64,000 nucleotides of DNA from Desulfatiglandales bacterium (GTDB taxonomy: Bacteria > Desulfobacterota > DSM-4660 > Desulfatiglandales > HGW-15): assembly GCA_963667015.2 (NCBI GenBank), contig CAXXJJ010000001.1:2240001-2304000 (forward strand). The letters are read 5' to 3'. The notes under the pieces were generated by a model, which made no database searches, was not told where the DNA came from, and saw only the letters and a program-made list of their open reading frames with translations. The position numbers were made by a program, and so were the translations under genes. Positions 29,657 to 40,140 of this stretch are shown here, one piece after another (position 1 is the first letter of the stretch; the number at the start of each line of letters is the position of its first letter).

Positions 29657-30280
29657 ATGAACTCTAATAAAGGAGTAGTCTACGTTGTTGAAGATGATGC
29701 ATCTTGTCGTCTAAGTATAGTCTGTATACTTCGCAGGGCCGGACTCGAGGTCGAAACCTTTGAGTCAGCTAATGATTTTTTAGACAATGCCATGATACGT
29801 TATCCCGGGTGTCTGCTGCTGGATGTAATGCTTCCCGATGTGGACGGGCTGAGTCTTCAGTCTGTATTAAGTAAAAATGACTCACATCTTCCTATTGTTT
29901 TCATGTCCGGACATGGCAGTATTTCGATGAGTGTCAAGGCCATGAAGAGAGGTGCAGTAAATTTTTTATCCAAGCCTTTCACACGCGAGGAACTTTTAAG
30001 TGCCATCAATGAAGCGCTTGAACTAAGCGTAAAAGATATGAAGGAGACATTCGAAAAAGATCACATCAATGCACGCATAAAAACCTTAACTCCGCGGGAA
30101 AAAGAAGTCATGCGCTGGGTGATATCCGGAAGACTCAACAAGCAGATTGCCTGGGAACTGGGTACTGTTGAAAAGACCATCAAGGTTCATCGCAGCCGTA
30201 TCATGCAAAAGACAGGGGCTGACTCGGTTGCGGAACTGGTCCGCATGACCGAAAAAATCGGAATTTTACCGGTAGATTGA
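29657..30280 (+). CDS. FixJ/NodW-type response regulator (receiver + LuxR HTH)
   Basis: VVEDD, GCLLLDV, FMSGHG, KPF, LTPREKEV, LNKQIA, TIKVHRSRIMQK. Confidence 0.93.
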   Translation: MNSNKGVVYVVEDDASCRLSIVCILRRAGLEVETFESANDFLDNAMIRYPGCLLLDVMLPDVDGLSLQSVLSKNDSHLPIVFMSGHGSISMSVKAMKRGAVNFLSKPFTREELLSAINEALELSVKDMKETFEKDHINARIKTLTPREKEVMRWVISGRLNKQIAWELGTVEKTIKVHRSRIMQKTGADSVAELVRMTEKIGILPVD

Positions 30281-30417
30281 TTATTCATTTATTCCATCTA
30301 TAGATTGTCCACCATGTGTTATCAATAATCTTTCCGGGCAACAGGAATTGCTTTCCCGGGAATTTCCTTACTTAATCGAAATATTCTCTATATCAAATTT
30401 AATAGAATATATGGTTT

Positions 30418-30437
30418 TATTGGACCAAAGTCCAATA
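30418..30437. promoter_or_regulatory. Palindromic candidate operator
   Basis: TATTGGAC-CAAA-GTCCAATA, perfect 8-bp arms. Confidence 0.5.
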
Positions 30438-30743
30438 GACAGAAATAAATTTTCATATTATTTAAATTTTAATTTATCTATTTAATCTCCATTTCCATTA
30501 ATCCTGATGAGTCGGCTTTCCTTTTTTTAAAATAATTATGGAGGTTTTGTCTTAACTATTATTTAAAGAAATTGATAATAAATTTATCTCAGATATGCGT
30601 GCATCTGTTCTGCTGGATATCCACAAAAAATAATGGATATTAATCAGCCGGGTATAACGGTATCTAGGGAAAAATAAAAAGGTAGGGCTTTAATTACTCC
30701 TCTCTCCAGCGCTGCCTTTTTATTTTATCTGATCTGCCTGAGA

Positions 30744-30915
30744 CTGTTCTGCATACTAATACCAGAAATCTTGATTATCATCCATATGTTCATGTCCTCA
30801 TTCCGGCTGGCGGTGTGGACAAAAAATCCAAACATTGGAAAAAGAAAAAAGGAAAATATCTTTTCAACAAAGATGCCCTTGCCAGGGTCCTCCGCACAAT
30901 CTATCCTTATTCGTT
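30744..30915 (+). mobile_element. Internally deleted remnant of the IS91-type family
   Basis: VLHTNTRNLDYHP.VHV.IPAGGVDKKSK.WKKKKGKYLFN (homologous to about 4193-4344) joined to CTCCGCACAATCTATCCTTATTCGTT. Confidence 0.9.
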
Positions 30916-31047
30916 AATGATGGCTAAAAAGAAGATATATTACGAGATACTTTGTTTGACATAAAAGGGTATTTGCTCTATACTTCCGCGATTAAATTGA
31001 ACAGCTTTTTACAAATCACTTCCCAAAAATTCAAAAATAGGTGAAAT

Positions 31048-32472
31048 ATGACAAATTCTGCAAAAAGCACTGCCTCTACTCAAGATTTTGCTGTGAAATT
31101 ACCCGTGAAAGAAAAAATTGGTTACAGTCTGGGAGATATGGCTTCCAATCTTTATTTTGGAATCTTTATGACATTCCTTCCTATATTTTATACGGATGTA
31201 TTCGGACTTTCAGCTGCTGCAATGGGATGGATGATTCTGATTACCAAATTTTGGGACGCTGTCAATGATCCAATTATGGGTATGATAGCAGACAGGACTG
31301 AAAGCCGGTGGGGTAAATATCGTCCTTACATCATAAGCATGGCTCCATTTCTTGGTATTTGCGGAGTTCTGGCATTCTATACACCCGATTTTGAAGCCTC
31401 GGGAAAACTGATCTATGCCTATATAACCTATACACTTGTATTAATGCTCTACACAGCGGCGAACGTTCCATATTCGGCGTTGATGGGAGTTATGTCTCCC
31501 AGTTCACTTGAACGGACGAGCGCATCCCAGTACAGGTTTGTTTCTGCCTTTATCGGTCAGTCCATAGTGTCGGGTGCAACACTTTATCTGGTGAGTTATT
31601 TCGGGAATGGAAATGACCAGGCAGGGTGGATGCGCACAGCTGGCGCCTATGGCCTTCTGGCTTTTGTATTACTGGCAATTACTTTCTTTTCAACAAAAGA
31701 AAGAGTACACATGTCAAAAACCCAGCAGGGAAATACTAAACAGGACCTCAAGGACCTGTTTCAGAACAAGCCCTGGGTATTAATCGGTGTTGCTACCTTT
31801 TTCCAGCTTGTTTATATTGTAATGCGCAGTTCTTCTGTTACATATTTTTTTAAATATTACGTTCTTGATCAACAATTAACTATTTTTAACTATACAACAA
31901 ACCTTACTGTCACGAGTTTTACATCAAACTTTCTTCTTCTTGGTAATATTGCAGGTTTACTGGGCGCGATTTATGCGAAATCATTTGCCAGAACAGTGGA
32001 CAAAAAGAATGCCTATTCAGGGGCTCTGATCGTCAGCTCCATAATTTCCTGCTGCTTTTATTTTGTTCAGCCCCACAACGTCATGTTAATTTTCAGTTTC
32101 AGTCTGATCGGCGGGTTCCTTTTAGGGGCTGTCTCAGTACTCCAATGGGCCATATACACCGATACTGCAGATTATGGGGAATGGAAATTCGGAAGAAGAT
32201 CGACAGGTCTCATTATGGCGGCATCTCTATTCGCGCTGAAGCTTGGTCTTGCATTTGGCCAGTCATGTATGGCATGGATTATGGCATATTACGGATATGT
32301 CGATAATGCTGAGCAGACTGAATATACTATTTACGGGATTCGAATGCTCATGAGTTTTTATCCTGCTATATTTGGAATCATCGGTGGTCTGGTAATGATT
32401 TTTTACCCATTGAAAAACAGCCAGTTGGTTAAGATAGAAGATGATCTTTCAAAACGGAGAATGGAAGCATAA
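31048..32472 (+). CDS. Glycoside-pentoside-hexuronide:cation symporter (XynT/XylP-like)
   Basis: EKIGYSLGD.ASN, WDAVNDP.MG.IADRT.SRWGKYRPY, DTADYGEWK.G.R. Confidence 0.93.
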   Translation: MTNSAKSTASTQDFAVKLPVKEKIGYSLGDMASNLYFGIFMTFLPIFYTDVFGLSAAAMGWMILITKFWDAVNDPIMGMIADRTESRWGKYRPYIISMAPFLGICGVLAFYTPDFEASGKLIYAYITYTLVLMLYTAANVPYSALMGVMSPSSLERTSASQYRFVSAFIGQSIVSGATLYLVSYFGNGNDQAGWMRTAGAYGLLAFVLLAITFFSTKERVHMSKTQQGNTKQDLKDLFQNKPWVLIGVATFFQLVYIVMRSSSVTYFFKYYVLDQQLTIFNYTTNLTVTSFTSNFLLLGNIAGLLGAIYAKSFARTVDKKNAYSGALIVSSIISCCFYFVQPHNVMLIFSFSLIGGFLLGAVSVLQWAIYTDTADYGEWKFGRRSTGLIMAASLFALKLGLAFGQSCMAWIMAYYGYVDNAEQTEYTIYGIRMLMSFYPAIFGIIGGLVMIFYPLKNSQLVKIEDDLSKRRMEA

Positions 32473-32648
32473 CCTTTTAAGCATCGGCTTAAATATAGAT
32501 AGTGTTTAGTCAGGATTTGATGACTGATTCCTGTCTTAAATAATCGTTTATAAAACTAGTGTATTTAACTGTTTTATTGCTCTGCGTGCAGCCGGAGTTC
32601 ATGGACCCGGAGGCGCGTAATTAACTTTTTGTACAAGGAGTAAAACCA

Positions 32649-34463
32649 ATGAATATTCCCATGCATCGATTCACTTACACCAAAATGACAAAAGATGAGA
32701 TAGTAAAAAAACTTAAAGCAGCTGATGATGGTCCTGAATGCGTGTCCCAATTCACAAACATCCTTGACGGTAAATCTCTCAAGCTTATAACAAAAGACGG
32801 TCCTGTACTGGAGTATGATTTTAATAAAAAAGGAATGCTGACCCTTTCCGAAGACGGCGGAAAAAAAATAAAGGCTGCTTATGGCGCTCTGGACCTGAAG
32901 CAGATGGTCTTTTTTTCTCACATGATTCCCGGAACCCAGAGGGGATTTAACGTATTTCTGGACCTTGATAAAAATATTGTTACAGTTATCGAGGTATGGC
33001 TTTGCAGCGGAATAGAACAGGCGGGCGGTTTCGGCGGAGCAGGTTTTACTCTTCCTGACAGGGAAGTGCAGCGTCAGATCTATTACGGTTATGTAGATGT
33101 TCCGGGTCAGAATCCTCCGGAAAAACTGCATCACCTTACAAACAGGATCGAAGGAAAGGGTATGTACTGGAAACAGGATACAGGCATAGAAACCCTTGAA
33201 TTCTACGCTTCCGTTATAACTACAAATTTTGTTGAACTTACCAGACACGTTGATGACCTGAGTTATTGCGCTACATCCGATTATATACTGGCAAACGACA
33301 ACATGTTTATCTATGACAGGACCGAATGCGAATTTTCGGGTATCATAACCATGTATGCAGTCGATCTCTTCAGCGAAACACAGGTCGGCATGCGTCTGGG
33401 TTTTAATGAAAAAGATGAACTGGAATACTATATGTTCAGAGGGAAAGGCAAGGTTGTAGGGCATCTGACAAAGCTAGAACCCTTTGATGAACATGGAGAA
33501 GTTATTAACATGGGGTTTGGCCGCCGGGCTCCGGCATCAGATCAGCCGGCTCCGAAGGCCCCCAAAGGTCAGCGAACGACCTACCGGCCGGCCAGAAACC
33601 TTAAACCTATCACAGTGGAAGAGATAATCAAGATTGCCGAGACAAAAAATAACATATTGAACGACAACCCTGATACTCCCCAGGCCCAGGCCGGCATGAT
33701 GTCCGGAAATACAATTCCGTACAGTGAGCTTCTTGTTGGAAAGGAGTTTACACTCAGATATGATCATGGTCCTGTGTATAACTACAGGGTTTCAGATAAG
33801 ACTAATCTTGAGTGGAAAAAAGAAGGCGATTCAAAGTGGCAGAAGGACGCATACAGGGCCTTTGAAGTTGATGAAAATCTGGTTTTCTTTGCCCACATGC
33901 ATACCGGTGTAAAGCCTCCAACAAGCGTCAAGATTGCGCTTGATCTTACCAACGGGCTTACTACTTGTATCTATTCAAAGATCGGTTCACCCTGGTACGG
34001 TGATGAAGTTGTATACGAAGCCTTCTTTGGAATTGCCGAAATGGAAGGCGTAGAAACTGCCCGGTATTTACGCCACGAGTTTACAGATGAACTGGTTGGC
34101 CGTTCTTTTTCAAGAACATATTCTGACAACATGACATCAATGCATCTTTACACCACCCCGCATTCTTCTGCATGGACAATCTATATGGCTGACCAGACCC
34201 TTGGTATGCAGTGGTGTGCACCTGCTCTTTATGTAAAGCTCAGACCCGGTGTATATATTTTCAATCTGGTGGAGGAGGCCTGTAACGGTGCGGAAACATG
34301 TATTGTGGAAAATGACAAGACCATGTGCGCAAACGGGTTCGGTTTTCATGGCGGAAAGAGCGACGGTATCAACCTTGGTGTTATAGGTGCCATAGGCCGT
34401 GATCTTGGCAGGTATGATGTATCGGAATTCTTCGGCCCGATGGCAAGAAGGAAAGGAGAATAA
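32649..34463 (+). CDS. MoaF-like repeat-domain protein, paralog 1
   Basis: Two internal halves (L.GK.L.L....GPV..Y.F); TDELVGR.....YS....SMHLY and YVKLRPGVY resemble the MoaF C-terminal domain. Confidence 0.7.
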   Translation: MNIPMHRFTYTKMTKDEIVKKLKAADDGPECVSQFTNILDGKSLKLITKDGPVLEYDFNKKGMLTLSEDGGKKIKAAYGALDLKQMVFFSHMIPGTQRGFNVFLDLDKNIVTVIEVWLCSGIEQAGGFGGAGFTLPDREVQRQIYYGYVDVPGQNPPEKLHHLTNRIEGKGMYWKQDTGIETLEFYASVITTNFVELTRHVDDLSYCATSDYILANDNMFIYDRTECEFSGIITMYAVDLFSETQVGMRLGFNEKDELEYYMFRGKGKVVGHLTKLEPFDEHGEVINMGFGRRAPASDQPAPKAPKGQRTTYRPARNLKPITVEEIIKIAETKNNILNDNPDTPQAQAGMMSGNTIPYSELLVGKEFTLRYDHGPVYNYRVSDKTNLEWKKEGDSKWQKDAYRAFEVDENLVFFAHMHTGVKPPTSVKIALDLTNGLTTCIYSKIGSPWYGDEVVYEAFFGIAEMEGVETARYLRHEFTDELVGRSFSRTYSDNMTSMHLYTTPHSSAWTIYMADQTLGMQWCAPALYVKLRPGVYIFNLVEEACNGAETCIVENDKTMCANGFGFHGGKSDGINLGVIGAIGRDLGRYDVSEFFGPMARRKGE

Positions 34464-34464
34464 A

Positions 34465-35235
34465 ATGAACAAATCCACAACCAGATCCAGTGACCAGCCG
34501 AATACAGAACGCAGGTCTTTTATGTGGAAGACCGGTGCAGCCCTGTCTGCGGTCCTGGCAGCAGCTGTCCCGGCTATGTCGATGCCGAAATTTACCCGGG
34601 AAAAAGATTTGAAGGGAGAGATGGAGCGTTTGACCTGCAGGCTCGGAAGCCTGGAAGATGAAAGTAAAATCCGCGATCTGCATCAGGCCTTTGAAACCCT
34701 TCTGGACAAAGGGAACTATGAAGGCCTTGTTGAGCTGTTTTCATCCGATGCTGAGGTAAGGTTCAATGGCGGAATATTCAAGGGAAAAGAGAGCGGTGTC
34801 CGACGCCTTTTTTGCGGGCATTTCAGTTCAGGCCAGACCGGAAAAAGAGTGATGCCTGCGCCCGGATTTGAGATTAACGATGAGCAGGTGCAGGATAAGG
34901 TCCAAATATCCAAAGACCGCAAATCGGCAAAGGTTCAATTCTCATACTCCATCCAGGTTGGAACGCCCATAGTCTCTGATTCCGTGCTGCTTAAGATGGC
35001 TCGCCTTCAGGGTGGCGGAATCATGAAGTGGTGGGAAGGCGGTATATACAGGATGGCCTGTGTAAAAGACATTAAGGATGGAAGCTGGAAAATAAAAGGG
35101 CTTGAATTTCATACCCTGGCAAAGGCCGATTATAGAGCGGGCAGATCCTATGCAAGCCCTATCGAACCGCCTCTGTTTTCAAAGGTGTACCCTGATGATC
35201 CGGCAGGTCCAGACAAGCTGTTTAAACCGGTTTAA
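34465..35235 (+). CDS. Tat-signal SnoaL-like protein, paralog 1
   Basis: ERRSFMWK twin-arginine motif, LEDE.KIR.LH, GGIY.....K....WKI. Confidence 0.8.
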   Translation: MNKSTTRSSDQPNTERRSFMWKTGAALSAVLAAAVPAMSMPKFTREKDLKGEMERLTCRLGSLEDESKIRDLHQAFETLLDKGNYEGLVELFSSDAEVRFNGGIFKGKESGVRRLFCGHFSSGQTGKRVMPAPGFEINDEQVQDKVQISKDRKSAKVQFSYSIQVGTPIVSDSVLLKMARLQGGGIMKWWEGGIYRMACVKDIKDGSWKIKGLEFHTLAKADYRAGRSYASPIEPPLFSKVYPDDPAGPDKLFKPV

Positions 35236-35362
35236 AAGCTCAGGAAGCATAATCTTTTTTTGCCTCAGGCCTCCGGCTGTTAAGGCCGGGCCTGGGCCTG
35301 ATATCTTTTTAAGATTACATGCCTGACAACTATATACTTAATTGGAATACTGGAACAGGAAA

Positions 35363-36544
35363 ATGACAGAACACCATGATAAGCGCAAGAAAAAGAAAGT
35401 CGCTGGAATAATCTCCTATTTAATCCCTGTTTTTATGCTGATTGGAATTTTCTTTTCCGGATGCAGCGAACCTCCCCAAAAAGAACCCGAAGGACTGAAG
35501 GATTTTTATGCTGATAATTTTCTTATTGGAGCCGCAGTCTTTCCGGAGCTGTTTGATGATCCTGTAGCTGCTGAACTGATAAAAACCCATTTCAGTACCA
35601 TAACGCCAGAAAATGATATGAAATGGGCATTGCTGCATCCCGCTCCTGATCAGTATACGTTTGAAAAAGCCGACAGGTTTGTGGAGTTTGCTGAAGCCAA
35701 TGGGATCAAATTAATCGCGCATACTCTTGTATGGCATTCTCAACTGGGGCGGGGAGTATTTACCAAAGAAGGTACAACCGACCCGAATGATATGGTTGAC
35801 AGCGAAACGCTGTTCAGCAGAATGAAAGATCATATATCTACTGTTGCCGGCAGATACAGGGGAAAGGTCCATGGATGGGATGTTGTTAACGAGGCGTTGA
35901 ATGAGGATGGTACCATGCGTGAATCCGGTTTCTATAAAATAGCCGGAGACTCCTTTATTGAAAAGGCATTTGAGTACGCCCACCAGGCTGATCCAGGCGC
36001 AGAGCTGTATTATAATGACTATAACCTTGTAAAACCGGAAAAGCGTCAGGGGGCGATCAGGATAATAAAGAAGCTGCAGGAAAAAGGGCTTAAAATTGAT
36101 GCAGTTGGGATACAGGCACACTGGAATATGACTTTTCCGGAGCTGGAAGAGATTGAAAAGAGTATACTTGAGTTTTCCGAGCTTGGTATAAAGGTAATGT
36201 TTACAGAACTTGATGTATCAGTTTTACCAAGCCCATGGGATATGCCATCAGCAGATGTTAACATCAGGCATCAGAATAGCGATGAGATGAACCCTTATAA
36301 GGATGGCCTGCCCGAGGTTGCAGATGAAGCACTCGCAAAAAGATACAGGGATATTTTTAATATTTTTAATAAGTACAGGGATAAGATCAGCAGGGTTACT
36401 TTCTGGGGGCTTCACGACGGGATATCCTGGAAGAATAATTTTCCAATTTTCGGAAGAAAGGATTATCCATTGATCTTTGATCGTGAAATGAAACCCAAAA
36501 AGGCATATTTTGAACTGACAGGATTAATAGACGATAAGAGATGA
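35363..36544 (+). CDS. GH10 endo-1,4-beta-xylanase, lipoprotein
   Basis: TPENDMKW, HTLVWHSQ, WDVVNEA, YYNDYN, TELD; lipobox FSGC. Confidence 0.95.
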   Translation: MTEHHDKRKKKKVAGIISYLIPVFMLIGIFFSGCSEPPQKEPEGLKDFYADNFLIGAAVFPELFDDPVAAELIKTHFSTITPENDMKWALLHPAPDQYTFEKADRFVEFAEANGIKLIAHTLVWHSQLGRGVFTKEGTTDPNDMVDSETLFSRMKDHISTVAGRYRGKVHGWDVVNEALNEDGTMRESGFYKIAGDSFIEKAFEYAHQADPGAELYYNDYNLVKPEKRQGAIRIIKKLQEKGLKIDAVGIQAHWNMTFPELEEIEKSILEFSELGIKVMFTELDVSVLPSPWDMPSADVNIRHQNSDEMNPYKDGLPEVADEALAKRYRDIFNIFNKYRDKISRVTFWGLHDGISWKNNFPIFGRKDYPLIFDREMKPKKAYFELTGLIDDKR

Positions 36545-37392
36545 AAAAGATTTTATCAGTTTTTACTGTTCTTTTCTTTCTAATATGCTGCCCAGTGCAT
36601 GCAAAAGAGATTATTGATCTCTTCCCCGATCATCCTGGAGCGTTATTTTGCTGGATCGAGACCTATTCGAATCCTCGCCCTCTCAAGGCCAGTTTCCTTA
36701 TGATTGATCTGACTTCAGAGGATCTGGAAGTCATTTCCATTCCGGGAGATGATCCGGATGGAGGAGGCCCTGCGGAGAGTCAGCTTACCTCTCCGGTAAC
36801 TCTGTTTGATAAATTCGCCGCTGTTGCAGCGGTTAATGCCAATGCCTTTGACAGTGTAGATAAAGAAAAAGCCACGCATCCGGCCTGGTTTGAAGGTCAG
36901 CCGGTAGATATACATGGGGCGGTTGTATCCGGGGGAAAGACAATAAGCCCGGTTGAGGCCAGGCGTACATCCTTCTGGCTGGATAATGACCGGAAGCCTC
37001 ATATAGGTGATCCTGCTAACAGGTCTTCAGTAAGAGAAGCTGTTGCTGACTGGTTTTCTCCTCTTGTTATCAATTCGAAAATAATTCCGGATGCCTCTGA
37101 TTCTGCTATGCATCCGAGAACCGCGATCGGTTTTGACGATAAAGGAGAATGGCTTCTCATGACGGTTATTGACGGACGTCAGCCCGGTTACAGCGAAGGT
37201 GTCACTTTATTTGAACTTGCGAAAATAATGAAGGACAGGGGTTGTACCCAGTCTATTAATCTTGATGGCGGAGGCAGCAGTGTTATGCTGATCAGGAAAC
37301 CTGATAATAGAGTGATGGTGCTTAATAGACCTTCAGACGGTAATCTCCGTCCTGTTCCAGTGATGCTTGGAATAAGAAAAACCAGGGAATAG
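36541..37392 (+). CDS. Phosphodiester glycosidase (NAGPA/DUF2233 family), secreted
   Basis: AAVNA, HPRTAIG, DGRQPGYSEG, NLDGGGSS, NRPSDG..RPVP. Confidence 0.9.
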   Translation: MKKILSVFTVLFFLICCPVHAKEIIDLFPDHPGALFCWIETYSNPRPLKASFLMIDLTSEDLEVISIPGDDPDGGGPAESQLTSPVTLFDKFAAVAAVNANAFDSVDKEKATHPAWFEGQPVDIHGAVVSGGKTISPVEARRTSFWLDNDRKPHIGDPANRSSVREAVADWFSPLVINSKIIPDASDSAMHPRTAIGFDDKGEWLLMTVIDGRQPGYSEGVTLFELAKIMKDRGCTQSINLDGGGSSVMLIRKPDNRVMVLNRPSDGNLRPVPVMLGIRKTRE

Positions 37393-37445
37393 CAGATTGC
37401 AAGCCCTGTTAACTGTAAATAACTATTAAAAAAGAGGAGAAAAAA

Positions 37446-39227
37446 ATGAACATTCCCATGCACCGTTTCAAGTATACCAAACTGACAAAGGATCAGATCG
37501 GAAAGGCTTTGAAGGTTACCGAGTCAGGCCCGAAATGCAAATCCGAATTCTCAGATGGTTTAAAGGGTAAATCACTCAGGATCGTAACCCAGAATGGCCC
37601 TGTACTTGAATACAAATTCAAGGATAAAAACAGTCTAACCCTCTCTGAGAATGACGGAAAAAAAATAAAGACCGGTTATGGTGCACTTACCCTCCGGCAG
37701 ATGATTTTCTTTTCTCATATGATTCTGGAAGACCAGAGGGGATATAATGTATATATTGATCAGGATACTAATCTTGTAACGGTGATCGAGATTGGATTTT
37801 CAACCGGAAGACAGGAACCGACCCTGGGCGGCGACCCGATAATAGTTGATGACAGGGAAGTGCAGCGTCAGATATATTTTGGCTATATCGATGTTGATGG
37901 ACAGGAACCGCCAAAAGAGCTGCATCACCTTACAAACAGGATAGAAGGCAAGGGTATGTACTGGAAGCAGGATACCGGGAATGAGATGCTGGAGTTTTAT
38001 GCCTCGGTAGCCAATACCAACTTTGTTGACCTTACACGTCAGGCTGATGACCTTAGCTATGTCAGCCCTTCGGATTATGTGCTTGTCAATGACAACATGT
38101 TTATCCATGACAAGACCGAGTGCGAGTTTTCAGGTATGTTCACATCCTTTGTTGCCGATCTGTTTACATGCACCCAGGCGGGAGTGCGCCTTGGTTTTAA
38201 TGAAAAGGATGAGCTGGAGTACTATATGTTCAGAGGAGAAGGTAAAGTTGTGGGTCAGCTTGCTTATCTGGAGCCCTTTGATGAGCACGGCAAGAAAGGC
38301 ATGGCTACCCAGGCCCCTGGCGATCCTGAGATACCCGGCAAATGGCAGAGAATGACATATCGTCCGGCAAGAACCTTTCCGCACATGACTGACGAAGAGG
38401 TTCATGAGGCAGCCTTAAAAAATACGATAAAATTTGGCGGGACAGAAGGAGCAGCACCCCAGATGATGGCCGGTAACAATATGCCATATTCCGATATTCT
38501 TGTTGGCAAGGAATTTACTCTTCGCTATGACAATGGCGGCCCTGTCTGGCATTACCGGTTCCCGGAAAAATTTAAACTCGAGTACAGGGAACATGGAAAG
38601 AGCAAATGGAATGAGGAGCCATGCCGGGTTTATGAAGGGGATGATAATCTCGCCTGGTTTGCACATATCCTGACAGACAGTAAACCACGGGCGGCCGTGA
38701 AAATAGCAGTTGATCTCACGAATGGTCTTACTACATGTATTTATTCCCATATGGGAACCAAATACTATGGTAATGAGACAACCTATCGGGCTATTTTTGG
38801 AGTCTGTGAAATGGACGGACTGGAACCTCCCCAGTATGTACGCCATGAATTCACGGATGAACTCGTAGGTCATGCATTTTCATGGTCATATTCCGATCAG
38901 ATGACCTCCATGCATCTCTATGCATCTCCCCATTCAATGTCATGGACAATATTTACCGGAAACCAGACCATGGGTGCCCAGTGGTGTTCTCCCTGTCTCT
39001 ATGTAAAGCTGCGTGAAGGTGTCTATCTCTTCTGTCAAAATGAGGAGGCCTGTAACGGTGCAGAGATGATCGAGCTTATTAATACAAAACTCTCCCATGA
39101 CTGCGGTTTCGGATTTTCCGGAGGCAAGACAGGGGTTAACCTTGGTGTGGTAGGGGCAATCGGGCGTCATATTGGATGCTTTGATATAAAGGAATACTAT
39201 GGTCCCAGAAAAAAGAAAGGAGTATAA
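37446..39227 (+). CDS. MoaF-like repeat-domain protein, paralog 2
   Basis: Colinear with 32649-34463 (MNIPMHRF, DREVQRQIY, LHHLTNRIEGKGMYWKQDTG, EEACNGAE). Confidence 0.7.
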   Translation: MNIPMHRFKYTKLTKDQIGKALKVTESGPKCKSEFSDGLKGKSLRIVTQNGPVLEYKFKDKNSLTLSENDGKKIKTGYGALTLRQMIFFSHMILEDQRGYNVYIDQDTNLVTVIEIGFSTGRQEPTLGGDPIIVDDREVQRQIYFGYIDVDGQEPPKELHHLTNRIEGKGMYWKQDTGNEMLEFYASVANTNFVDLTRQADDLSYVSPSDYVLVNDNMFIHDKTECEFSGMFTSFVADLFTCTQAGVRLGFNEKDELEYYMFRGEGKVVGQLAYLEPFDEHGKKGMATQAPGDPEIPGKWQRMTYRPARTFPHMTDEEVHEAALKNTIKFGGTEGAAPQMMAGNNMPYSDILVGKEFTLRYDNGGPVWHYRFPEKFKLEYREHGKSKWNEEPCRVYEGDDNLAWFAHILTDSKPRAAVKIAVDLTNGLTTCIYSHMGTKYYGNETTYRAIFGVCEMDGLEPPQYVRHEFTDELVGHAFSWSYSDQMTSMHLYASPHSMSWTIFTGNQTMGAQWCSPCLYVKLREGVYLFCQNEEACNGAEMIELINTKLSHDCGFGFSGGKTGVNLGVVGAIGRHIGCFDIKEYYGPRKKKGV

Positions 39228-39228
39228 G

Positions 39229-39990
39229 ATGGATATAAAATCAAAATCAGATACTCAGGAACAAGCTGATAAAGGCCGCCGTTCCTTTTTGTGGAAGGTT
39301 GGTGCGGGCATGTCTACTGTCCTTGCCGCAACCATACCGGCAATTGCAAAACCTGTATTCAGTGACGGAAAAAAATTAAAGACCAGTGTAGACAGCCTTT
39401 CCAGACAGGTTGCGATCCTTGAAAATGAAAAATCAATAAGGCAGCTTCATAAGATATTTGAGGATTCAATTGATAAAGGCATGTATAGTGAAGTCCTTGA
39501 TATGTTCACTGATAATGCGGAAGTGATATTTAATGGTGGTGTTTTTAGAGGTGACCGTGGAATAGAACGTCTCTTCTGTGAACATTTCAGGGCTGGTATG
39601 ACAGGTAAGAAAATTAATCCTGCCCCGGGTTTTGAGCTTAGCCCGGCGCAACCGCAGGATATGATAGAGGTCGCTTCTGATCAGAAATCAGCAAAGGCAA
39701 GGTTTTCATATTCTATCCAGGTGGGAACACCCATATGTTCAGAGTCACTGCTTGTTAAAATGGCTCGCCTGCAGGGAGAAGGGATTCAGAAGTGGTGGGA
39801 AGGTGGAGTATATGAGCTTTCCTATGTAAAAGATATTAAGGATGGAAGCTGGAAAATAAAGAGACTGGAATACAAGACATTGTCCAGGGCAGATTATAGG
39901 CCCGGCAGATCATATGCAGAGGTGATTTCCGTTCCGCAGTTTTCAAAGGTATATCCAAAGAATCTTGAAGGACCGGATAGATTGGTATGA
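39229..39990 (+). CDS. Tat-signal SnoaL-like protein, paralog 2
   Basis: GRRSFLWK; colinear with 34465-35235. Confidence 0.8.
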   Translation: MDIKSKSDTQEQADKGRRSFLWKVGAGMSTVLAATIPAIAKPVFSDGKKLKTSVDSLSRQVAILENEKSIRQLHKIFEDSIDKGMYSEVLDMFTDNAEVIFNGGVFRGDRGIERLFCEHFRAGMTGKKINPAPGFELSPAQPQDMIEVASDQKSAKARFSYSIQVGTPICSESLLVKMARLQGEGIQKWWEGGVYELSYVKDIKDGSWKIKRLEYKTLSRADYRPGRSYAEVISVPQFSKVYPKNLEGPDRLV

Positions 39991-40109
39991 TCGTTAAAAA
40001 CTAAAAGAATTGAAAGGTTGAATTGATCTAGGCTGTAATAGGGCCGGCATCCCAGTCCATGGGTTGGTCTCTGGAACTTATCTGTAAAGACGGATTTTTA
40101 TTAGATTAT

Positions 40110-40140
40110 AAAAGCCTGCACCTGAAAGGGGCAGGCTTTT
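40110..40140. terminator. Rho-independent terminator, likely bidirectional
   Basis: AAAAGCCTGC...GCAGGCTTTT between convergent genes. Confidence 0.7.

Noticed and set aside
32575..32625. GC-rich leader hairpin as a riboswitch
   Set aside because: No match to a riboswitch consensus I recognise; too short to support
32574..33464. 296-aa antisense ORF and the many other overlapping antisense or alternate-frame ORFs in the track
   Set aside because: Shadows of well-supported genes with no recognisable motifs
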